A DNA stretch of 64,000 nt from Candidatus Paceibacter sp. Its GTDB lineage: Bacteria; Patescibacteriota; Minisyncoccia; UBA6257; 02-FULL-45-10c. Location: assembly GCA_020724845.1 (NCBI GenBank), contig DYGE01000001.1:122664-186663 (forward strand), given 5' to 3'. Below are positions 48,909-55,926 of this stretch, piece after piece. Positions within the stretch are counted from its first letter, which is position 1; the number at the start of each line of letters is the position of its first letter. The position numbers and the translations under genes are program-made. Below the pieces are notes generated by a model. That model worked only from the letters and a program-made list of their open reading frames with translations. It did not search any database and had not been told where the DNA came from.

Positions 48909-48949
48909 ATATTCATTATACTAGATTGTTGTCAGTTGTTAATTGTTTC

Positions 48950-50980
48950 CTAGTACCATGGGGTCGGCATCCTCTGTAAAAACTGCTCAATAGTTAAATT
49001 CGCTTTGTCAGCTGAATACCACGGCCTCAATAAATCGGCTAATTTTCTCTGCCTGAATATTTCTTCTGCCCTGGCTTCTTGCGGGCTGGCAAAAGGTATC
49101 TCTTTAGAGAAGAAGTAGTCGCCCCACCAGGATCTTCCTCGATGAGCCATAAATTCCTTGACTGTCATATTTTTAACCGCGTCGTACTGCTCCAAGCTTA
49201 GCCTGGTATTCCGCCAAATGTAATCATTATAGCCCTCCACCGCGTTCGCGTAAGATTCCGCGTTGCTGAACTCCGCGAATAAATCAGAAAAATCTTTACC
49301 GCCTTCTTCCGGTACCACCTCTCCCATCTTGTCAAATAGGCCCTTTAAGATATCTTCTTTTTCTCCTAAATTGCCATGCTCAAAATGGAAGCGAAGATTG
49401 CGGATTTCATTAGCGTCGAGCTGATTATCTCTGAAAGCTTCCGCGGCGTCTTCAGCAACAGCCGTTTCTAGCCACTTCGGCGGCTGTTTTCCGGCCTGTT
49501 CATACATAGCGTATAAATCCTGATTCGTGCCAATAGAAAGCTTATCTTTTACATCAATGACTTCAAAATGGCCCGGCCCGCCTCCTTCTCCGACGATAAA
49601 ACGAACCTGATCGCCCTCATGAACCAAAGCAATGTCTTTAATAGGAACTTTAACGCCATCAACTTCAACCGTGGAGTTTTCCCAAGCGGCCCGAAATTCT
49701 TCCGGAGACATTTTCGCTTCCGCCGCCAGCGCTTGAGCGGCTCCAGAAACGCTTCCGCCTTTTTCTATAGTGTGCAAATATTCTAAAGTTTCGCTTGCCT
49801 TGATAGCCTCTTCCGACGAAGATCCTTCAGGAATAATCGGTGATTTCTCTTTAGCAATTTCTTCAGGAGAAACTACAACGCCTTCCGGGCTTCCGCCGAA
49901 AAGCTTCATAACATTTTCAACAGCATGCATTGCTACTCCAGACCCGACTAAAGTGCCAAGCGTACCCGCCATTAAATAACGCCTGAAACGCATCTTATTT
50001 TCCCACTCCTTAAGATCGCCCATAACTCCCGCCATCTTACTCTCCAAAGCCGCATCACTTAATTTCAGGTAATTCACCATATCAGTAGCTGTTTTGACTT
50101 CCCTTTTTTCCAAGCTTTCCGATACCGCTCTTTGGTATTGCTCAATCGCTTCCACATTCAATGCTTTTTCCTGAGACTTTTTCAGCCAGCTTTCTAAACC
50201 GACGCTTAATGCGCCACTTGCCAAAACCTTCTGGAGAGCATATTCGCCGGTTATCAGCGCTCCAAGGGCCAATCCGACTCCCCCGCCAGTTCCTGCCGCG
50301 ACAACCGTTCCACCGACCAATGCGCCGGCCAAGACCAGTTTTGTCTTTAGAGGAGCGCTCTTATAATCCTCTGCCAGCTTTCTAAAGAAACCCAAAAACT
50401 TATTTCCAGCGCTAACTTCCTTGGTCTTAGCTTCGGCCTCAAATTGGCTTTTGAGATTGTATACCTTAGTAAATTCACTAACCAAAAATTGGGTGCCGCC
50501 TTTTTCCAATTCCGCCTTCCTTTCTTCATCTTTCAGCCCCTTTTCATCCATTTCCTTTTCCGCTGCGTTCAATCTCTGCTGAAGATAAATTTGCCTTTCC
50601 GTAAAGTATTCCTTTTGAGCCGCTTCCAAATCCGCCAGCATCTGCTTGGCTTTAGGGTCAATTTCAAAATGCCTGGCCTTTTCTTCTTCAGTTAAGCTAG
50701 TACTTTCTAAACCTTCCTTCCTTTTATCAATCTGCAATTTAGCCCGCAGGTATTTTTCGCGCGCCTGATCTAAAAACTCTTCCGGAGCTTTTTCTTGAAT
50801 CTCCGGCTCCGCGCCTTCTTCCCAAGCTGGCACCAATTCTGGTTCCTCCGAAGTTTCTCCGGTTGTCCTGACTTTAATTTCGGGGAGATCATCGCTTTCC
50901 ACGGTCGGCAAAACCGGCCTTTCTTTCGGCTTTTCTTCTTGTGGATTTAGCTGGGGATTTTTTGGAATTTCCGCGGCCAT
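48950..50980 (-). CDS. Large CPR hypothetical protein (coiled coil, Gly-rich hydrophobic segments, LysM-like region)
   Basis: 676 aa; HTIEKGGSV...LVHEGD LysM-like. Confidence 0.7.
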   Translation of the reverse strand: MAAEIPKNPQLNPQEEKPKERPVLPTVESDDLPEIKVRTTGETSEEPELVPAWEEGAEPEIQEKAPEEFLDQAREKYLRAKLQIDKRKEGLESTSLTEEEKARHFEIDPKAKQMLADLEAAQKEYFTERQIYLQQRLNAAEKEMDEKGLKDEERKAELEKGGTQFLVSEFTKVYNLKSQFEAEAKTKEVSAGNKFLGFFRKLAEDYKSAPLKTKLVLAGALVGGTVVAAGTGGGVGLALGALITGEYALQKVLASGALSVGLESWLKKSQEKALNVEAIEQYQRAVSESLEKREVKTATDMVNYLKLSDAALESKMAGVMGDLKEWENKMRFRRYLMAGTLGTLVGSGVAMHAVENVMKLFGGSPEGVVVSPEEIAKEKSPIIPEGSSSEEAIKASETLEYLHTIEKGGSVSGAAQALAAEAKMSPEEFRAAWENSTVEVDGVKVPIKDIALVHEGDQVRFIVGEGGGPGHFEVIDVKDKLSIGTNQDLYAMYEQAGKQPPKWLETAVAEDAAEAFRDNQLDANEIRNLRFHFEHGNLGEKEDILKGLFDKMGEVVPEEGGKDFSDLFAEFSNAESYANAVEGYNDYIWRNTRLSLEQYDAVKNMTVKEFMAHRGRSWWGDYFFSKEIPFASPQEARAEEIFRQRKLADLLRPWYSADKANLTIEQFLQRMPTPWY

Positions 50981-51008
50981 TATTTAAATAATAGTACAGG
51001 CCGGTTTT

Positions 51009-52328
51009 TTAGACAATCACGCCTCCGCCAAGCATCATTATAGAATTTGAACCCTCCTTCGCTGAAGCTTCCGCCTTCGCCAAGGCTTCGGCGGACAGGT
51101 CGGCGGGCAAGTAAAACACCGCCGATTGCCCAGAGGCAACAAATTTTTGAGGTTGGCTAAATACAAGCTTGAATAAAGAATTATGAATCACGAATGATGC
51201 GGGAACTAGCGGCTGCCTATAGCGCACTCGCGCTAAAACTGGAACGCTTAATTCCTTATTCTTAATTCCCCTGCCGCCTGCCCGGCCAGGGGGCAGGCTT
51301 AATTCCATATTTACAAGATTCACATCTCTTAACTCAATCTCCTTTTTGTAAAGCATCGGGTCGTCCTCCGAAGCTATAACGACAGTATTAGTTTTCACAT
51401 CCTTGCTCGCCACATAAAATGGTTGTTGGTTATTAGTTGTCGGTTGTAAGTTCACCCCTATGCGCCTTTGGCCGATCGTATAAAAATACGCTCCGCTATG
51501 CTTTCCGACTGTTTCGCCAGCGGAATTCAAGACTAAGCCCATTTTTTCCGGAATGTAATTACCCAAAAAATCCTTAAGCGTAACCTGCCCAAGAAAACAA
51601 ATCCCCTGCGAATCCTTTTTCTCGGCGTTCGGCAAGCCAAATTTCTTTGCCAGCTTCCTCACCTCCGGCTTGGTATATTCACCAATCGGAAACAAACAAT
51701 GCCGTAGCTGCTCCTGCGTCAGCGTCCATAAAAAATAGCTTTGATCTTTATTTTTGTCTTTAGCGATATATAAAGAAAAAATATTTTGGGTCAATCTGCC
51801 GAATTGTCGTGGAGAAACTACGGAAGCGCCAAAAGATTGGTTTCCGCTGAAGGCGGAATTTTGGCGCTGAGGCGTAGCGGGCACTCGCCGCTGGAGCGAG
51901 TGAACCGCGGTTCTCGCAGACGATTCGACTGAGCGACTTCTGCCCAAGCGGACATAGTGCCCGGTCGCCACATAGTCCGCCCCCATTTCCAATGCCTTCT
52001 GCAGAAACAATCCAAACTTAATCTCCTTATTGCACATCACATCCGGATTCGGCGTAAGACCTTTGCGATATCCGTCAACCATATATTCAACCACTTTATC
52101 TTTATATTCCTGCTCCATGTCAAAAACATAAAATGGAATGCCTAAAACCTCCGCCGCTCTTCGCGCGTCCTCCGCATCCTGTTCCGCGCAACCGTCAACG
52201 TTGTAGCACTTTAAATGCGCGCCAACCACGTCAAAACCGCGCTCTTTCAAAAGCGCCGCCGCAACAGACGAATCCACTCCCCCGCTCATTCCCACGAATA
52301 CCTTTTTGATCTTTTTACTTTTTGGCAT
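51009..52328 (-). CDS. mnmA: tRNA-specific 2-thiouridylase MnmA with multiple in-frame insertions
   Basis: MSGGVDS, NPDVMCN, ATGHY, KDQSYFL, SQGICF, YTIGQR, RVRYRQ, GQSAV all intact. Confidence 0.96.
   Translation of the reverse strand: MPKSKKIKKVFVGMSGGVDSSVAAALLKERGFDVVGAHLKCYNVDGCAEQDAEDARRAAEVLGIPFYVFDMEQEYKDKVVEYMVDGYRKGLTPNPDVMCNKEIKFGLFLQKALEMGADYVATGHYVRLGRSRSVESSARTAVHSLQRRVPATPQRQNSAFSGNQSFGASVVSPRQFGRLTQNIFSLYIAKDKNKDQSYFLWTLTQEQLRHCLFPIGEYTKPEVRKLAKKFGLPNAEKKDSQGICFLGQVTLKDFLGNYIPEKMGLVLNSAGETVGKHSGAYFYTIGQRRIGVNLQPTTNNQQPFYVASKDVKTNTVVIASEDDPMLYKKEIELRDVNLVNMELSLPPGRAGGRGIKNKELSVPVLARVRYRQPLVPASFVIHNSLFKLVFSQPQKFVASGQSAVFYLPADLSAEALAKAEASAKEGSNSIMMLGGGVIV
51786..51947 (+). repeat. 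Structured element, divergent copy 3, in-frame inside mnmA
   Basis: 162 bp (54 codons), ttggg...cccaa ends, same AACTACGGAA / TGAGGCGTAGCGG architecture as copies 1 and 2. Confidence 0.75.
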
Positions 52329-52395
52329 AGCTATAAAATACAATCATTTTTAATGAAAAGCAAATATATTTTTCGTTATCTATTATGGCCGTTCG

Positions 52396-53697
52396 TTATT
52401 TATCAGTTGTAAGTTGCGGGTCGTTTGTCACTTTGTATACATCCCCCGCGCCCATAGCGATAATCATGTCTCCTTTCTTCGCCTCTAATATTAGAGCCGC
52501 GCGCGCATCAGCAAAAGAACTTACGTATCGCGCGTTTTTGTGGAATTTCTGCATTTTCTCCACCAAATCCCGCGAGTGGGTGCCATCGTCTTTTTCCCGC
52601 GCCGCGTAAATGTCCGCCACCAGCACCGCGTCCGCGTCACCAAAGCTTTTCGCAAAATCATTCATTAATAATTTCGTCCGGCTGAAAAGATGCGGCTGGA
52701 ACACACAAAAAACCTTGCGTTTACCCTGGGCTTGTCGAAGGGCCGCTAATGTGGCTCTGATCTCCGTCGGATGATGGCCGTAGTCGTCATACACCAGCGC
52801 GCCGCTTTTAGTCTTTCCTTTGTATTCAAATCTCCGCCAGGTGCCGCCGAACTCCTTCAGCGATTTTGCGGCCTGCTTCACATTCGCTCCAAGAATTTTA
52901 GCCACCGCCAGCGCCGCCTGCGCGTTTTCCTGATTGTGCCTGCCGATCAGTTTCAAATTTAGATTCCGCGGCATCTTGGTATAGTCAACCACAGTACAAC
53001 GCGTGCTCCTTACTATTGGAGCAAGATATTTCCCATTCGGATTGCATACGATAAAGCCATCCGGACCGGCCTTCTTCACAAATTCAGTAAACGCCTTCTG
53101 GATATTTTGAACCGTCCCATAATAATCCAAATGGTCGTTATCAATGTTGGTAACCACCGCGATCTTCGGATGAAGGTTGAGGAAAGATTTTTTATACTCG
53201 CACGCTTCCACCACAAAATAATTGCTTTTGCCGGCAACAAAGTTACTTTCTCGCCCTGAGCCAGTCGAAGGGTCTCCTTTAAGGAGGCTGCCGACAATAA
53301 TCGTCGGATCCAATCTTAAATCCCGAAGCATAGTGCCAATCATCGCCGTAGTAGTTGTTTTTCCATGAGAACCGGATACCGCGATAGTATATTTGTCTTT
53401 GGAAATTTCACCAAGCATTTCAGGATACGACAACGTTCGAATGCCAAGATTTTTTGCTTTAATCAATTCCGGATTATCTTCGCGGATCGCCGGCGAGTAC
53501 ACCACCAGATCAACATCCTTATGTAAATTTTTCTCGTCATGCCCAAAATAAATTTTCGCCCCAAGTTTTTGCAACTCTTCCGTAATCTCCGACCGGGACA
53601 TATCCGAACCAGTGACGCTTTTGTTTTTCGCTAGCATCATCCTCGCAATCGCCGAAACCCCGATGCCTCCGACGCCTATGAAATGTGCTCTTTTCAT
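52396..53697 (-). CDS. murC: UDP-N-acetylmuramate--L-alanine ligase
   Basis: HFIGVGGIGVS, GSHGKTTT, EACEY, DDYGHHPTEI, FQPH; probable start MKRAH. Confidence 0.96.
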   Translation of the reverse strand: MKRAHFIGVGGIGVSAIARMMLAKNKSVTGSDMSRSEITEELQKLGAKIYFGHDEKNLHKDVDLVVYSPAIREDNPELIKAKNLGIRTLSYPEMLGEISKDKYTIAVSGSHGKTTTTAMIGTMLRDLRLDPTIIVGSLLKGDPSTGSGRESNFVAGKSNYFVVEACEYKKSFLNLHPKIAVVTNIDNDHLDYYGTVQNIQKAFTEFVKKAGPDGFIVCNPNGKYLAPIVRSTRCTVVDYTKMPRNLNLKLIGRHNQENAQAALAVAKILGANVKQAAKSLKEFGGTWRRFEYKGKTKSGALVYDDYGHHPTEIRATLAALRQAQGKRKVFCVFQPHLFSRTKLLMNDFAKSFGDADAVLVADIYAAREKDDGTHSRDLVEKMQKFHKNARYVSSFADARAALILEAKKGDMIIAMGAGDVYKVTNDPQLTTDK

Positions 53698-54431
53698 AAA
53701 CCCCACCCCTTTATTGCCTTTTCCCACCTCTGCAAATTCCCACAGTCAAACCATTTGCCGCTTGATTTATAAGCCGCCAGCTTACGCTCCGCCGCTAGCT
53801 TGGGAAACAAGTCTTTTTCAATCATTAAAAATTTCTCCCCGGCTTGGATTTTGCCAGCCAGATGTTCGCGAACCTTCGGATCAATCAGATAAAGGCCGGA
53901 AGAAATAAAATTCGTCGGCGGATTTTCCGGTTTTTCTAAAAAATTACAAATGTGATCGCCCTCACAAATTAATACGCCATATTCGTTCGGGTTCGGCACC
54001 TCCACCGCCGCAATCGTCGCCAGCCCACGAACTTTTTGATGATGCGCAGCCATCGCAGAAAGATCTACTTCTTTCAACTCATCGCCGTTCGTCAAAAAGA
54101 ACGGCTCATCTCCGGTCCAGGTATGAAGCTGGTGCGCCCAATAGCCGAAAGTGCCCATCGGCTCCTCTTCCGCCATCAGATTAATCCATAGTCCGTTAAA
54201 ATTATTCTGATAACGCCTTAGCCACCAGGAAAAATCCTCCAGATCATCTTTACGTACGGTAATCGCCACCTCCTCTACCCCGTGCGCCTTAAACATTCCA
54301 ATGAGGTAGTTGATGATCGGCTTTTTATTCACCGTAAGTAGCGGCTTAGGAGTTTCCAAAGTAACCGGATAAAGCCGAGTTCCTTTCCCGCCGGCAAGAA
54401 TAATCGCCTTTTTAATTCTTATTCCGTTCAT
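53694..54431 (-). CDS. NDP-sugar nucleotidyltransferase
   Basis: ILAGGKGTRL, PKPLL, NGD, FLEKP, WFDCG. Confidence 0.92.
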   Translation of the reverse strand: MNGIRIKKAIILAGGKGTRLYPVTLETPKPLLTVNKKPIINYLIGMFKAHGVEEVAITVRKDDLEDFSWWLRRYQNNFNGLWINLMAEEEPMGTFGYWAHQLHTWTGDEPFFLTNGDELKEVDLSAMAAHHQKVRGLATIAAVEVPNPNEYGVLICEGDHICNFLEKPENPPTNFISSGLYLIDPKVREHLAGKIQAGEKFLMIEKDLFPKLAAERKLAAYKSSGKWFDCGNLQRWEKAIKGWGL

Positions 54432-54471
54432 ACACCTAAATATAACCTATTTCCGGTCTGCAGGGTTAACC

Positions 54472-54501
54472 AAAAAAATATCCACGTCCGAAGACGTGGA
54501 T
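54472..54501 (-). terminator. Intrinsic terminator of the large ncRNA
   Basis: AUCCACGUC-UUCG-GACGUGGAU followed by a U7 tract on minus. Confidence 0.9.
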
Positions 54502-55101
54502 GAAGGGGGTCGGAAAACGCACTTGGCGATCCTGAAAGGCGAGGTTTTCCCTGGCCTTAATCAAGTTCGCTTATCAGTATCCAGCTTGCCCCGATGTTAT
54601 GGGTAAGCGGGCGGGAATCAGATGTTGAAGGCCAGAGATCCGGCGCGCGCGATTGGCGCGCGGCCCATGGATTGCCTTCTTCCGAGGATTCCCACTGGAT
54701 ACTTGTCACCCTGCATTTCGCAAGGCTGCGTTTTCCGGTGAAGGTACGAAAGAGAAGTGGCTTTTGCCGGTGCTTGATTTACTCGCGTGCTTCAGACGCA
54801 TTTGCGAAGTAAATCCCGACAGGCCCGGATGTCGCGACACCCGAGACGCTCCATATGGGAACACAGCCCATAGAAGCGAAGCCGACCTGATGCGCCGAGG
54901 GAGCGAGTCACGGGGGATCGTGCCCGTTCCTTTGTACCCCACCAACTCCGCCTCAATTGCGGTAGCTGGACTCGGTGACCAGGTTCTAACCATCCCAGAG
55001 CGTTGTTGCGCCCTGGGTGCATTCTCCGCGGCGCCAGCCGACGCCCCCGTATCGGGAGGGCCAGCTCGTTCTGCGCCTGACCGGAGAAGATTTTCAAGGT
55101 T
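54472..55101 (-). ncRNA. Putative large (~620 nt) structured ncRNA of unrecognised class
   Basis: Own promoter and terminator, >12 helices with minus-strand G-U pairs, long-range stems, probable pseudoknot, no credible ORF. Confidence 0.8.
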
Positions 55102-55107
55102 AGGGAC

Positions 55108-55135
55108 ATTATAGCATAATAACAGAATCTGTCAA
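55108..55135 (-). promoter_or_regulatory. Sigma70 promoter TTGACA-16-TATAAT with extended -10 TG
   Basis: Minus strand TTGACAgattctgttattaTGcTATAAT. Confidence 0.85.
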
Positions 55136-55209
55136 CCCCTTAGTAGAACTTCGGCTAGGCCGCCTTTAGCGGCCTTATCGCTGAAAGCCACCGAAGTTTC
55201 ACTAAGGGG
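55136..55209. mobile_element. Palindromic miniature element with TCAA direct repeats
   Basis: ccccttagt..aacttcgg/ccgaagtt..actaagggg; TCAA at 55132-55135 and 55210-55213. Confidence 0.75.
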
Positions 55210-55318
55210 TCAAGCTCTATGACCAAAAACTCTTTGTAATTCACCTTCACAATGTTCGGAAATAAAGAAGGAGGCTCGCTGTTGAAAATTTTTTAGTAGG
55301 ATACTATAATTCAAAAAC

Positions 55319-55891
55319 ATGCTTAGTTATAATGAATTAAAAATTGGAACAATTTTTGAACTGGACGGCCAGCCGTATGAAGTTTTGTCATACGAATTTT
55401 TGCGCATGCAGCAGAGAAAACCGGTCGCCAAGACCAAAATTAAGAATTTAGTCACCGGTCAGGTGCTGGACAGAAACTTCCACCAGAACGAAACTTTCAG
55501 CGAAGCAGAGGTAGATAAACAAGAAGTTACTTATCTTTACAACCACCGCGGGGAATATTGGTTTTGCGAGAAAGGAAATCCAAAAAACCGATTCTCTCTC
55601 ACCGAAGAACAGCTCGGGAGCGCGGCTCAATTCTTGAAAGCTAATACCGACGTAACTGCGCTGAAATGGGAAGAAAAAATCCTGAACATCAAGCCGGCTA
55701 TCAAAGTTGACCTAGAAGTTACCGAAGCGCCGCCAGCCGAACGGGGCAATACTGCCCAGGGGGGCAACAAGCTGGTAACTCTGGAAACCGGAGCTAAAGT
55801 CACGACTCCGATGTTCATAAATACTGGTGACATCGTCAGGGTCAATACGGAAACCGGGCAATATGTGGAAAGAGTGGAAAAGGCCAAATAA
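55319..55891 (+). CDS. efp: Elongation factor P
   Basis: KIKNLVTG, YLYN, RGNTAQG, LETG, RVNTETGQYVER. Confidence 0.95.
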   Translation: MLSYNELKIGTIFELDGQPYEVLSYEFLRMQQRKPVAKTKIKNLVTGQVLDRNFHQNETFSEAEVDKQEVTYLYNHRGEYWFCEKGNPKNRFSLTEEQLGSAAQFLKANTDVTALKWEEKILNIKPAIKVDLEVTEAPPAERGNTAQGGNKLVTLETGAKVTTPMFINTGDIVRVNTETGQYVERVEKAK

Positions 55892-55926
55892 AAAAACCGC
55901 TAGTTCAAAAACTGGGCGGTTTTTTA

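Noticed and set aside
51786-51947. Group I/II intron or intein in mnmA
   Set aside because: Too short; no P7 or domain V motifs; no C/S...HN intein ends
54594-55114. ORFs 54594-54812(+), 54653-55114(+), 54706-54993(-), 54792-55109(-)
   Set aside because: Low-complexity R/P/S/G translations with no clear SD; the 55109 ATG overlaps the -10 box; better explained by a structured RNA
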